DNA of 64,000 nt, from the NCBI GenBank assembly GCA_963781885.1, contig CAWAHW010000001.1:224001-288000 (forward strand). The letters run 5' to 3'. The notes beneath the pieces are model-generated. The model saw only the letters and a program-made list of their open reading frames with translations. It searched no databases and had not been told where the DNA came from. The translations under genes were made by a program, and so were the position numbers. Position 1 is the first letter of the stretch, and the number at the start of each line of letters is the position of its first letter. The stretch is from an uncultured Spirochaetota bacterium (GTDB lineage Bacteria; Spirochaetota; Spirochaetia; SZUA-6; Fen-1364). Shown piece after piece: positions 29,038 to 39,694 of this stretch.

Positions 29038-30090
29038 GCGTCCTCCGCCGCGACATTGATCATGATCTTGAAGGAGGGCTCCTTGTGCGCATCGATCATC
29101 GGGAAGACCGCGGGGATGTCTTCGAATCCGAAGTGGTGCGTCACGATGCCGTCTGTGCGGATGACGCCGCGCGCCATCATCCCGATCATGTCCCGGTAGT
29201 CGTTCGGCACGTACATGGTCGTGCCGGAAAGTCGGAGCTCGTGCTGGACGAAGTCTGGCAGGAGCGGAACCTCCGTCCCCTTCTGGAGCACGCCGATCAC
29301 GACGACCCGGGTGCCGCGGCGGGCAACCGAGAGGATCTGGTTCAGGACCTGCCCCTTGCCGCCGACGCAGTCGTAGAAGACGTCCACTGCCTTGGAATCG
29401 CCGCAGAGCCCGCGGAGTCCTTCCTCCAGGGGGGTGCGCGCCGTGTTGATGATGCCGTCCGCGCCGCACCGCTGGGCAAGCGCCAGCCGGTCGTCCTGCA
29501 CGTCGGCGATGAATACCTTCCGCGCGCCCAGTGCCTTGCAGCTCTGCATCGTGAAATTGCCGATGGGTCCCGCGCCGATCACGAGCACTGTGTCCTGCCG
29601 CGTCACCTCCCCGCGCTTCGCCCCGTGCAGACGATACGCAGGCAGGCTCGACGAGGGCCGCCTGTTCGAGGCTCATGCCGGCGGGTATGGGCAGCGCCAT
29701 TTCGGCGGGCACGCAGACGTACTCTGCATGTGCGCCGTTGGCCTCGGCACCCATGCAGCGAAGCTTCTCGCAGAAGTTGTAGATCTTGGCCCGGCAGGGA
29801 CCGCAGACCCCGCAGACGAGGTGGGGTATGACGGTGACGCGTGTTCCGGTCTTTGGAGATCGCACGCCGGGACCGCATGCGACGACGCGGCCCGAGAACT
29901 CGTGCCCCATGACCAGCGGGGAGATCGCGTACGGGTGCAGCCCATGATAGATCGTCGGGTCCGAGCCGCAGACCCCGCAGTACATGACCTTGACGAGGAC
30001 CTCGTCCTTCCCGGGGGAGGGCACCGGGACGGTCTCCCGTTCTATTTTTCCCGGCGCGCGGAGGACGAAGCGGACCATATCGCTTTTCAC
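29034..30090 (-). pseudogene. Zn-dependent alcohol/polyol dehydrogenase, frameshifted near 29631
   Basis: CGSD, GHEFSG, CGVCGPC..C in one frame; GAGPIG Rossmann half in another frame. Confidence 0.87.
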
Positions 30091-30091
30091 T

Positions 30092-31503
30092 TCAGGCGCC
30101 CCTCACCGCTTCGATTCCGGTGAACTTGCAGAACATCTCCAGCGCGGCAGCCACCTTCACGTCGTGGATCAGGGTGCCGTGGTGCACGACGCCGCACTCC
30201 ACCATCTTGCGCTCCCAGTCCTTCAGGTCATTCACCTTCACCCATCCATAGGCGCCGCGGACAAAGGGCGGCATGTCAACGACCTCGCCCGTTCCGTAGA
30301 ACAGGCAGAACTTGCCGTCATACTCGACCAGGCGCGCGCAGGTGACCCCGCCCTCCTTGAGCCGGCCCTCCATCGCGCCGTGACAGGTGGGGCACCACTG
30401 GATCATGCGCTCGTTGCGGGTGAGACGCCGCTCGCCGTTCGGTGCATAGGCGCTCGTCGGGGCATTGCCGCAGTGCCAGGCAAGCCACACGTTTTCCTTG
30501 TCGGGGTGCAGATCGGTCCAATCGATGAAGTCGGGCTTTGCGACGCCAAGGGAAGCGGCATGCATGGCAAGCAGGCTGTCGGCGCCGTACAGGTCGGCCT
30601 CGCACGCGGTCGGGATGCCGCGCTCGGTGAGACGGCCCAGCACCGCGCAGACCGACACGCCCAGCTCCTCCTGCACGGCCGTCCAGCAGTTCACCGCAAG
30701 CGCGTCGAGCTGCAGCTCTTCCTTGATCTTCACGAATGCAAGCTCGCAGCGCGCAAGGTTGGCCAAGGTCATTCGCCTGGTTCTCCGAGAACTGTTGCCC
30801 CGCGCGCGATATCCTTTGCCAGCTCCGTGACCTGCTTCGACGTGATGTCGATTGCCTTGATGGATTTGATGACGTGGAAGAGGTCCACGGGCACAACCAT
30901 CTGGCCGAACTGTCTCTGGAGGGCCTGCTCGCTGATATTCTCAGACTCGAAAAGCTCGGGCCGGGTGCCCAGGAGACCCATGCGTGCTCCCTTGAAGCGC
31001 GCGATGGCGTTGACGGCGCGGGAGAATGTCTCGAGCTTCTCCTTGAATGAATCCTCCTCGGGATTGCAGGTGAGGAGATGCTCGAATGTGAAGCCGCGGC
31101 GCTTCAGGGACGCGGTGGTCATGAACTGCCCGCACCACGTGTCGGTCATGCGCGAGCCGTTGGGCAGATACGGGGCGCTGCGCGTGGCGAAGTGGAGGAT
31201 GGGCATGTCCTTCCGGGTGCCGTTCAGCAGCGTGCCGATTGCCACCTCCATGCCGAAATCCATGTTGCCGATGATGAGCCCCTGGATATCTTCCCCGCGG
31301 AACAGTGCAGCCGCCTTGCGCGCGTCGTCGATGCTGCTCACGCAGCCGATCGGTGTCAGCTCCTTCGAGGGAACGACGAGGTCGATGCCGGGTATCTTCT
31401 GTAAAACTGCGACGCAGCGGTCACGGATGGCCTCGGCGTAGTTGCCGCCATTCCATGAATCCCAGTTCGAAGGGGCAAAACCGATCTTCACCTTCAGCAT
31501 CAC
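30092..31503 (-). pseudogene. L-fucose/L-arabinose isomerase family protein, split near 30772
   Basis: DTWCG, LGTRPELFE, NCWT, ACEAD, WHCG, HH motifs across two ORFs joined at GAATGACC (one extra A would fuse them). Confidence 0.83.
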
Positions 31504-33464
31504 ACCTCTCCTTTGACCGAATGTGCAACCGCGGGGGCTTCAAGCTCCTCCATCACGTCGCTCTCCGCCATGTGTTGAGCCGCGTACTGGTATTCTGGAT
31601 CCGCGGAAAGCCCGTACTGACGGATGCCGAATCTTCTGAACCTGCAGGAGATGCCGTTCTCCGCGAGCAGAGCGCCGACGATGCTGCCCATGCCGGTGAG
31701 GACGTTGTGATCCTCCCAGGTGACGATGTGACCGGTGGCCGCGGCCGCGCGAAGGTCATCCAATGATATCTCCTTCGGACAGGAGACGTTCAGAACGCCG
31801 ATCCGAAGGCCGCGCGCCGCAAGCGTGTCGGCGATCTCCAGCGCCCGGCAGACCGTCGATCCGTAGGTCATGATGCAGCCATCGGCCCCATTCCGCAGCC
31901 AGTCCGCGTTCCCATACACGAAGTCGTTCGACGCGGCGTAGCAGGGGCTCTTGCGCCCCGCGTCCCAGAGTATCGGCTTCGGGGACCGGCCGAGCGCAAC
32001 GATGAAGCTCCCCGGGTGGGTGGCGACGTAGCGGATGACGCGGTCGATCTGGTTCGCATCCGCGGGCACGATGAGCCTGTAGCCGTAGAGATTGCCCGCG
32101 AGCGACAGGTAGTCGATGCACTGGTGCGTCTTGCCATCCTGGCCGACCTCGAGGCCGGTGTGCGTGATGATGAGCTTCAGCGCGCATTTGTTGAAATCCG
32201 TCATCCGGTGCTGGCCGTAGGTCTCGTCAAGGCCGAAGACCGCGAAGTCGGCGAAGAACGACACGCAGCCGTCGCGCGACAGGGCAGCCGCAATGGTCGC
32301 CGCGTTGTGTTCCGCAATGCCGCACTCGACGAAGGAATCCGGATATTCATCGCGTATCGCGAAAAGGCGGGTGGATTCCGCCAGGTCGCAATCCAGCGCG
32401 ACAAGCGGCGCCTTGTCCCCGCCGTCCCTGTTCTGCCGGAAAAGATCGCCGAGCGCCTTGCCGAAAGCATCGCGCGGGTCCACGCTCGCGCCCAGCGCAT
32501 ACTGCCGCGGCACGCCCGGATCGACGCAGGATTCCGCGCTGACGGGCTGTTCCACGCACCGCGACGCGAGCGGGGGTTGCGCGTCGACGGAAGGCTCCCA
32601 CGACCCGGCGCTGTCCTCCCGATGGCGCAGGAACCTGGCCGCCTCCTCCTGGGAAAGCTGTTTTCCGTGAAAGTGGTAGTCGTTCTCGATCATCGGGAAG
32701 CCTTTTCCCATGACCGTGTGCGCGAGGATCAGGGTCGGCCGCTCTTTCTCCGCGCGGCAGGAGCGCAGCGCACCATAGATGGCGCTGAAATCATGGCCGT
32801 CGATCTCCGTTACCGCGAAGCCACCCTGCCGGTACATCGCAGCAATATCCTGGGGCATGATCTCGTCGATCGGGCCCGAAGACTGGAGCCCGTTGAAGTC
32901 GACGATTGCCGTCAGACCCGCCAGCCGATACTTCGCGGCGAAGCTCACGGCCTCATGGATCTGGCCCTTCTGCTGCTCGCCGTCACCCATGAGCACGAAG
33001 ACGTGGTTGGTGCGTTTCTGAAGACGCGCGGCAAGGGCAAAGCCGCAGCCGACCGACAGCCCCTGCCCGAGACTCCCGCTTGCCCATTCCACGCCGGGGA
33101 TCTCCTTGTTGGGATGCCCCTCGAATAGGCTGCCGCCCCGGCGATAGCCTTCGTTCACCTGGCGCAGGTCGACGTATCCCAGGAGCCCCAGCACCGTGTA
33201 CAGGGCCGAGGATACGTGACCGTGGCTCACGACGATCCTGTCCCTGCGGGCGTCGAGCTCCCGCCCGGGAGCGACATTCGCGCAGAGGTAGAGCATCAGG
33301 AGCATGTCCAGGGAGGAAAGGGCCCCGCCGAGATGGCCGGAGCCTGCACCCTGCAGCATGCGCACGATATTGGCCACTGCCTGGCTGCGCAGGTCGGCAA
33401 GCAAACTGCCGTGTGACGGGGACAGGGTATCGGCGGAAAAGTTTTTAAGCTCCTCAAGACTCAT
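31500..33464 (-). CDS. tkt: Transketolase (fused N- and C-terminal domains)
   Basis: SGHLGG, SHGH, GSLGQG, GDGE...N TPP motif, GIAEHN, DGKTHQ. Confidence 0.92.
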   Translation of the reverse strand: MSLEELKNFSADTLSPSHGSLLADLRSQAVANIVRMLQGAGSGHLGGALSSLDMLLMLYLCANVAPGRELDARRDRIVVSHGHVSSALYTVLGLLGYVDLRQVNEGYRRGGSLFEGHPNKEIPGVEWASGSLGQGLSVGCGFALAARLQKRTNHVFVLMGDGEQQKGQIHEAVSFAAKYRLAGLTAIVDFNGLQSSGPIDEIMPQDIAAMYRQGGFAVTEIDGHDFSAIYGALRSCRAEKERPTLILAHTVMGKGFPMIENDYHFHGKQLSQEEAARFLRHREDSAGSWEPSVDAQPPLASRCVEQPVSAESCVDPGVPRQYALGASVDPRDAFGKALGDLFRQNRDGGDKAPLVALDCDLAESTRLFAIRDEYPDSFVECGIAEHNAATIAAALSRDGCVSFFADFAVFGLDETYGQHRMTDFNKCALKLIITHTGLEVGQDGKTHQCIDYLSLAGNLYGYRLIVPADANQIDRVIRYVATHPGSFIVALGRSPKPILWDAGRKSPCYAASNDFVYGNADWLRNGADGCIMTYGSTVCRALEIADTLAARGLRIGVLNVSCPKEISLDDLRAAAATGHIVTWEDHNVLTGMGSIVGALLAENGISCRFRRFGIRQYGLSADPEYQYAAQHMAESDVMEELEAPAVAHSVKGEV

Positions 33465-33560
33465 CGGCGGTCGCCATTTGCTGAGTATCGACAGAGGCCT
33501 GTTTCGGTTTTGTTTCTAACAAGTAACGTAATCATTTGTTTGTCTTAAGGTTACGAATGC

Positions 33561-33589
33561 AGTATCAATCGGAATCTTTGATTTGTCAA
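33561..33589 (-). promoter_or_regulatory. Sigma70 promoter of the sugar operon within an AT-rich control region
   Basis: Minus strand TTGACA (33589-33584), 17-bp spacer, GATACT (33566-33561). Confidence 0.7.
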
Positions 33590-33622
33590 CAAAAATCGAA
33601 TCAAAAAAGCTGTATGCGAACC

Positions 33623-34327
33623 TTATGTCGTCTCCATCAGGGCAGGAAGCTGCTCCCAGGCCGTGATGACCGCATGCTCGCCGACGTCTGTCGGTATCGG
33701 GCTTCGGGGATTGAACGCAACGGGGAAAATGCCGGCACCACTTGCCCCCTCGATGTCGTAGCTGATGTTGTCCCCGGCGAACCACACCTTGTCCGCCGGC
33801 AGGCCCAGGCGGCGCAGCGCGACCTCGAAGATGATGGGATCCGGCTTCCGCACGCCGTAGTCGGCGCTGGAGACGACGAACGCGAAGTACGAAAGAACGC
33901 CCTGGCGTTCCAGCTCGCGCGCCAGGGTCACCGCAAGGAATGAGGAATTGCTCACCACGCCCATCGGCATGGACCGGGAGGCAAGGAGCGCGAGCAGGTC
34001 CCGCACCCCCTCGATGAGCTCGATCTGCATGGCGGCGCGCCAGAAGACCCACTCCGCCTCCTCCAGCCCGCGCGGGTAGCTCATGCCCAGCGAATCGCCG
34101 ACGATGCGCAGGAGCGCCGCCTGGCTGAACTCCAGCGCGGCCAGGTCCTCCCGCGATTCAAGGGCCGTGACGACCCGGCGGCCCACCTCCATCACGTCAC
34201 TCAAGGTTGCGCGGCGCGGGTTGTGCGCCGTCTCGAGCACGGCCGCGTGCCCGCGGGTGGGATCGAAACCGCGCGAGTCGATAAGGGTGCCCCAGAGGTC
34301 GAAAAGCATGGCCTGCGGTCTGTGCAT
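33623..34327 (-). CDS. HAD family hydrolase
   Basis: FDLWGTL, VVSN, KPDP, GDNISYD. Confidence 0.92.
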   Translation of the reverse strand: MHRPQAMLFDLWGTLIDSRGFDPTRGHAAVLETAHNPRRATLSDVMEVGRRVVTALESREDLAALEFSQAALLRIVGDSLGMSYPRGLEEAEWVFWRAAMQIELIEGVRDLLALLASRSMPMGVVSNSSFLAVTLARELERQGVLSYFAFVVSSADYGVRKPDPIIFEVALRRLGLPADKVWFAGDNISYDIEGASGAGIFPVAFNPRSPIPTDVGEHAVITAWEQLPALMETT

Positions 34328-34418
34328 GATGCGACTATACCCCGCGGGCCCGCGAGGGTCACCACGCGGAGGCGCCGCGCTTGCCGCGTCGCGGTGCGAC
34401 GGCTATCATGGCCGCGGC

Positions 34419-35186
34419 ATGGCGGAGCAGCGGAAAAACTACCTCATCGACATGGATGGCGTCCTGGTCCTGGGCAGGACGATCGTGCCGGGCGCGGCGG
34501 AGTTCATCGCGCGCCTCGTGCACGCCTCCCGGGAGTTTCTCGTTCTCACGAACAACCCGCAGTTCACCCAGAACGATCTCTCCTACCGTCTGGGCAGCAT
34601 CGGCCTGGCGATCGATCCACGGAGGATCTTCACCTCGGCGATGGCAACGGTGCGTTTCCTCAAGTCGCAGCCCAGCACGGGCAAGGTCTTCGTGATCGGG
34701 GAAAGCGGCCTGACGGGTCCTCTCCACGATGCAGGTTTCATCATCACCGACATCGAGCCGTACTACGTCGTGCTGGGCGAGACGAACGCCTACAACATCC
34801 AGCACATCACGACCGCCATCCGGCTCATCGCGGGCGGCGCGCGCTTCATCGCCACAAACCCCGACCCCTCGGGGCCGGGCGACGGCGGGATCGTGCCCGC
34901 CTGCGGCGCCATGGCCGCGCTCATCGAGAAGGCCACCGGTGTCGCGCCCTTCTTCGTGGGAAAGCCGAATCCCCTCATGATGCGCACGGCCTTGAATTAC
35001 CTCGGCGTGCACTCGGAGAACACCGTCATGATCGGCGACCGCATGGACACCGACATGGTGGCGGGAGTGGAAAGCGGAATGGAGACCATCCTCGTCCTGA
35101 GCGGCGTCACCCGCGCGGAGGAGGTGGCCCGCTTCCCCTACCAGCCGGGCCGCATCGTCGGCTCCGTTGCCGACATCGATCCCTGA
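34419..35186 (+). CDS. nagD: HAD-IIA hydrolase (NagD-like)
   Basis: [26 protein letters not shown]. Confidence 0.9.
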   Translation: MAEQRKNYLIDMDGVLVLGRTIVPGAAEFIARLVHASREFLVLTNNPQFTQNDLSYRLGSIGLAIDPRRIFTSAMATVRFLKSQPSTGKVFVIGESGLTGPLHDAGFIITDIEPYYVVLGETNAYNIQHITTAIRLIAGGARFIATNPDPSGPGDGGIVPACGAMAALIEKATGVAPFFVGKPNPLMMRTALNYLGVHSENTVMIGDRMDTDMVAGVESGMETILVLSGVTRAEEVARFPYQPGRIVGSVADIDP

Positions 35187-35198
35187 GGGAGGCGGCGA

Positions 35199-36824
35199 GT
35201 GAAGATCGAGTGCTTGCTGGATCCGGTCTTCGCTGTCACGACGTTCCGCAGGCTTGCCCTTCCCGACGCCGCTGTCACGACAGAGACGGCGGGGGACCGC
35301 GCGATTCTCCGCATCGATGCAGCGGCGCTCCGGCAGCTCGCCTTCGAGGCATTCCGCGACATCAATTTCCTCTTCCGCACGTCCCACCTGGAAGCCTGGG
35401 CCCGGATCCTGGAAGACCCCGGGGCATCGGACAACGACCGCTTCGTCGTGGCGGCCCTCCTGAAGAACGCGGCTATCTCGGCGGAAGGCATCCTCCCTTC
35501 CTGCCAGGACACAGGCACGGCCACGATTATCGGGCTCAAGGGCGAGCGCGTGCGCACGGACACCGACGACGAGGACGCTCTGTCCGAAGGAACGGCACGG
35601 GCCTACGCGTCGAGCAACCTGCGCTTTTCCCAGGTCGCGCCTGTCTCCATGCTGGACGATGCCGACACTCGAACGAATCTTCCCGCGCAGGTGGATCTGC
35701 ACGCGGTTGCCTCCGGCGGACCCGGCGGAGGGGAATATCGCCTGCTCTTCATCGCCAAGGGAGGGGGGTCGGCAAACAAGACCTCTTTCTTTCAAGAGAC
35801 GCGCGCGCTCCTCAAGGAGGAGGCGCTGGATGCATTCCTGCGCGACCGCGTGCGCGCCTTGGGTACCGCGGGGTGCCCGCCGTATCACCTCTGCGTCGTC
35901 ATCGGGGGAAGCAGCCCCGAGCAGAACCTCAGCATGTTGAAGCTCGCCACGGCCGGCGCGCTGGACCTGCTTCCTGCGGGGCCGCCGGCTCCCTTCCGCG
36001 ACGCCGCCTGGGAGGAGCGGCTCCTGCGGCACGCGCGGGAATCCCGGCTGGGCGCGCAATTCGGCGGCATGCACCTGGCGCTGGACGCACGGGTGATCCG
36101 GCTCGCGCGGCATGCCGCAAGCGTCCCGGTATCCGTCGGCGTCTCCTGCAGCGCGCACCGCAACGCATTGGCGCGCATCTCCGCCGACGGGGTGTGGCTG
36201 GAAGACTTCGACCGTGCGCCGGGCCGTTTCCTGCCGCGCGCCGCGGAGGTGCTCACCCGCGCGTCGGCCGCGGCGCGCCGTATCGATCTTGCGCAGCCGC
36301 TGGCCGGCGTGTGCGCCCAACTGGCCGCCTGTGCGCTGGGCACCCTCGTGCTCCTCAACGGGCCTCTCGTCGTGGCGCGCGACGCGGCGCATGCGCGCCT
36401 TGCCGCGCTTCTTGCGCAGGGCTCCCCGCTTCCCGACTGGTTCTGCCTGCATCCCATCTACTACGCGGGCCCCGCCGCGACGCCACCGGGCAGGGTGATC
36501 GGAAGCTTCGGCCCGACCACCGCTCAGCGCATGGATCCCTACGTGCGGTCGTTCATGGCGGCGGGGGCATCCCGAGTGATGCTTGCCAAGGGAAACAGGT
36601 CGGCGGCCGTCGTCGAGGCATGTCGGGATTTCGGCGGCTTCTCCCTGGGCACCATCGGCGGGGCTGCCGCGTTGATCGCGCAGGAAAATATCGTGGCCGA
36701 GGAGCTCCTTGCCTGGCCCGAGCTGGGCATGGAGGCGGTGCGCAGGATCGTGGTGCGGGAACTGCCCGCCTTTATCGTCATTGACGACAAGGGGGGCAAT
36801 TTGTACGGCTCTGCGCCGCGGTGA
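35199..36824 (+). CDS. fumA: Class I fumarate hydratase (Fe-S)
   Basis: CQDTGT, KGGGSANK, GTAGCPPYH, SCSAHR, GPTTAQRMD. Confidence 0.93.
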   Translation: MKIECLLDPVFAVTTFRRLALPDAAVTTETAGDRAILRIDAAALRQLAFEAFRDINFLFRTSHLEAWARILEDPGASDNDRFVVAALLKNAAISAEGILPSCQDTGTATIIGLKGERVRTDTDDEDALSEGTARAYASSNLRFSQVAPVSMLDDADTRTNLPAQVDLHAVASGGPGGGEYRLLFIAKGGGSANKTSFFQETRALLKEEALDAFLRDRVRALGTAGCPPYHLCVVIGGSSPEQNLSMLKLATAGALDLLPAGPPAPFRDAAWEERLLRHARESRLGAQFGGMHLALDARVIRLARHAASVPVSVGVSCSAHRNALARISADGVWLEDFDRAPGRFLPRAAEVLTRASAAARRIDLAQPLAGVCAQLAACALGTLVLLNGPLVVARDAAHARLAALLAQGSPLPDWFCLHPIYYAGPAATPPGRVIGSFGPTTAQRMDPYVRSFMAAGASRVMLAKGNRSAAVVEACRDFGGFSLGTIGGAAALIAQENIVAEELLAWPELGMEAVRRIVVRELPAFIVIDDKGGNLYGSAPR

Positions 36825-36829
36825 TGGGC

Positions 36830-37456
36830 TTAGCGGTGGCCACCGCGGCGGTCATGACGACCGTCCCTGAAGATCCATATGGGCATGGGGAAGAAGGGAG
36901 CGACGGCGACGACCGTCGGGCTGGGCGCGGCGCTGAGCGCGAAATCCGTGTAGGTGCTCAGCTTTGAGATGGCGTCCCGCATCGCCTGCAAGGCATCCAG
37001 CCACCGAGGATACGGCTGTATGTCGATGACGGAGATCCCCCCTTGCAGGTCGGCCAGAACGTCGCGGCCGCCGCTCGCGACCGTCATGCCGTTCTGGGCG
37101 CTGGCCGCGCTGTCGTCCACGAGTCCGCCCCCGCTCGGTTGCAGGGTCGCGATCTTCAGGACTTCACCCGTCTCCTTGTCGGCTTCGATCGCGACGGCAA
37201 TCTCCACGGTCGTGCCGCTCGGTTTCAGCGCGCCGAACAAGTCACGGTGGTAGAGATCGACATCGCCTATCGCCATGTAGAAGTCGTTGCCCTTGAGTGT
37301 CGCGCTCACGCTGCCATTTTGCAGGTAGTTCGTCGCTCCCTTCGTGATTTGCGGCACGGTCGCACAACCGAGGAGCGCCAGAACGAATGCCACCGCCGCG
37401 AGCCCCTTCCAGACAAATCGGCTCGCGCGCTTCCCGTGCACGTGTACGTCCGTCAT
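36830..37456 (-). CDS. Hypothetical lipoprotein
   Basis: GGAGG RBS; hydrophobic stretch ending in the lipobox LLGC. Confidence 0.7.
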   Translation of the reverse strand: MTDVHVHGKRASRFVWKGLAAVAFVLALLGCATVPQITKGATNYLQNGSVSATLKGNDFYMAIGDVDLYHRDLFGALKPSGTTVEIAVAIEADKETGEVLKIATLQPSGGGLVDDSAASAQNGMTVASGGRDVLADLQGGISVIDIQPYPRWLDALQAMRDAISKLSTYTDFALSAAPSPTVVAVAPFFPMPIWIFRDGRHDRRGGHR

Positions 37457-37622
37457 AGATACGCCTCCACTCTTCGCTTTCAATGATACGAGAAGATTCA
37501 TTCGGGGGAACGCGAATAATGGAATGTTCTGCATCTGTAATCGGGGGTTCATCGCCTCTTTCGGCGTGCATATGCCGCCGGGACTATGAAATCGGGGAGA
37601 TTTTAGGCATATTCGAGACACG

Positions 37623-38681
37623 ATGCCTGAAGAAAAATCGGTCCGTTCCCTGAGAGCCTTGCCGTGGATCGCGGCGCTTGTCTGCGCCGCGATCACGCTT
37701 CTTCCCGCAGCCGCGTTCGGCCAGGACGCGCCGCCGATTACGCTGTCGGCAACGACGAGCGCGGGCATCATCTATGGGGAGGCATTCGAGTACGTCTACA
37801 ATCAGGCTGTCTCGGCCAACTACAAGAACAGCGAGCTCGACTGGACCCTCCAGCCTTTGTTCTACACGGAAGAATCGCTTTCCCTTGCGACGGCCATAGG
37901 CATCGAAGCCCACGTGGACGTGAAACAGGGCATTCCGGGCAATGCGGGCACGATGACCGATTCGGACTTCCTGAACGGTAACGGCGTGCGCACACACTAT
38001 TCCCAGAGTGAAAGCTACGCGGAGCGCGCCCTTCTCCTGGACGCCACCGTCGGCTATGATCTGCCGATCGGGGAGACCGTCGTCGTCGTGCCGTACCTGG
38101 GCTTCTCCTACATGGACTTCAAGTGGTCCGCGCGCGACGGCTACTACCAATATCCCACAAGCGGCTATGAATACTCTTTCAGCACCACCGGCGCGCTTGT
38201 GTATGGCACCTTAAATCCCTGGAGCGCCTCTGAGACGGAGACGCCACTCTATGGCGCCGGCATCCTCTACGAGCAGACCTATCTCATCGGCTCCGCGGGG
38301 GTCCGGGCCTCCCTGCGACTGGACCGACTCACGGTGGGGGCCTCCTTCGCCTTCTCTCCTTTGACGTATTGCTACGACATGGACAACCACCTGCTGCGTC
38401 AGATCACCTTCACGTCGACCCTGACCGGCGGGATGACGATCGAGCCCGCCCTCAGCCTCCAGTATGCCTTCACGCAGCGGGCGTCGCTCACGCTCTCCGT
38501 CGACTATCGGCAGATTTTCAATCTCCTGGGGGACGCCACGGAGGTGAACCAGGGCACGACGGCGACAGGCTCGGACGGCAACTATTATGCCGGTCCTGAT
38601 TCCGCCAGCACGTTCACGAAGGGCTCGGGTGCGGCCGTGTGGATGCTCGACGCGAGCCTCCTGTTCAGGCTCGAGCTGTAG
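37623..38681 (+). CDS. Omptin-family outer-membrane protease-like beta-barrel
   Basis: Signal peptide; SELDW, GTMTDSDF (DxD), DNHLLR (DxH); alternating beta-strand pattern. Confidence 0.8.
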   Translation: MPEEKSVRSLRALPWIAALVCAAITLLPAAAFGQDAPPITLSATTSAGIIYGEAFEYVYNQAVSANYKNSELDWTLQPLFYTEESLSLATAIGIEAHVDVKQGIPGNAGTMTDSDFLNGNGVRTHYSQSESYAERALLLDATVGYDLPIGETVVVVPYLGFSYMDFKWSARDGYYQYPTSGYEYSFSTTGALVYGTLNPWSASETETPLYGAGILYEQTYLIGSAGVRASLRLDRLTVGASFAFSPLTYCYDMDNHLLRQITFTSTLTGGMTIEPALSLQYAFTQRASLTLSVDYRQIFNLLGDATEVNQGTTATGSDGNYYAGPDSASTFTKGSGAAVWMLDASLLFRLEL

Positions 38682-38695
38682 GCCGAGGAGTGAAT

Positions 38696-39667
38696 ATGCG
38701 ATTCATTCGCGGAGGAATCTTCCCGGCAGCGGTTGTAGTTATCGCGCTGGCGCTTTCCGGATGCCCGACCCCTGCCACCTATGGACCGACGATCACGCCG
38801 ATCTATGCGGCCACAAGCGCAGGCCTGCAAATCTACAACGGGACGAGCTGGACGAACGTGACGACCGCCAATGGGCTTCAAAGCAACAGCGTCAGCTCCG
38901 TGGTCGTTTCCGGCTCCGGTTCGGGTGCCACGATCTTTGCCGGCACGGCAAATGGTCTTTCTTATTCCAGTACCAACGGATCGACCTGGACGACCTGGAC
39001 AACCGCAAATGGTCTTGGAAGCAACACGATCAAAGGCCTTTTCCTCGGCTCGACGGGCCTCTACGCGGCCACGACGGGCGGTCTTTCCGCCTACAACGCC
39101 GATGGATATCCAACCGCAACCTGGACGAACAGCGGCTCACCAATCAACAGCGTCTTCGTCTTCGGCAGCTACATCTACGCCGGGGGCGCATCGGGCTTGG
39201 CCGTTGTGAACGGCACGGGTGTCGAGAAGACATTCACGCCCGCGTTGATAGTGCCGGGAAGCACGATAGCGAGCACGACGGTGAACGCGGTGTTCGTCGA
39301 CCCGTACCAGGACGTTTTCGCGGCGACAGACCAGGGACTCAACGTTCTGTACGGGGGCTCGAATCCCTTTGCCTTCCAGACGCCGCCGATCTTAATCAAT
39401 GTTGCCGTCAACGGCATCTATCTCGACACCAACGGCAACTTTTACGCGGCGACAGACTCGGGCCTCTACAACTTGAGCGGGACCGGCACGCAGCCGATTC
39501 TTGCGGGAAAGACCCACTGCGTGTATGTCGACGGCGCGGGCACGATCTATGCTGGCACAGACACAGGTTTGGAGACTTCCACGAACGGCGGTTCAACGTG
39601 GTCGAAAAGCGCATGGAGCGCCATCGTCTACGCGGTGGTGACGACGGCGCCCCTCTACTCATTCTGA
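38696..39667 (+). CDS. Thr/Gly-rich beta-propeller lipoprotein
   Basis: Lipobox LSGC; repeated (Y/F)A(A/G)TxxGL blades and NGLxSN motifs. Confidence 0.8.
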   Translation: MRFIRGGIFPAAVVVIALALSGCPTPATYGPTITPIYAATSAGLQIYNGTSWTNVTTANGLQSNSVSSVVVSGSGSGATIFAGTANGLSYSSTNGSTWTTWTTANGLGSNTIKGLFLGSTGLYAATTGGLSAYNADGYPTATWTNSGSPINSVFVFGSYIYAGGASGLAVVNGTGVEKTFTPALIVPGSTIASTTVNAVFVDPYQDVFAATDQGLNVLYGGSNPFAFQTPPILINVAVNGIYLDTNGNFYAATDSGLYNLSGTGTQPILAGKTHCVYVDGAGTIYAGTDTGLETSTNGGSTWSKSAWSAIVYAVVTTAPLYSF

Positions 39668-39694
39668 AGCGGTCCCGGGCGGGGCCTCAGCAGA

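Noticed and set aside
27655-30090. 811-aa dehydrogenase-kinase 'fusion' ORF
   Set aside because: Artefact of the frameshift at ~29631; the middle is out-of-frame sequence and the kinase has its own start at 29037.
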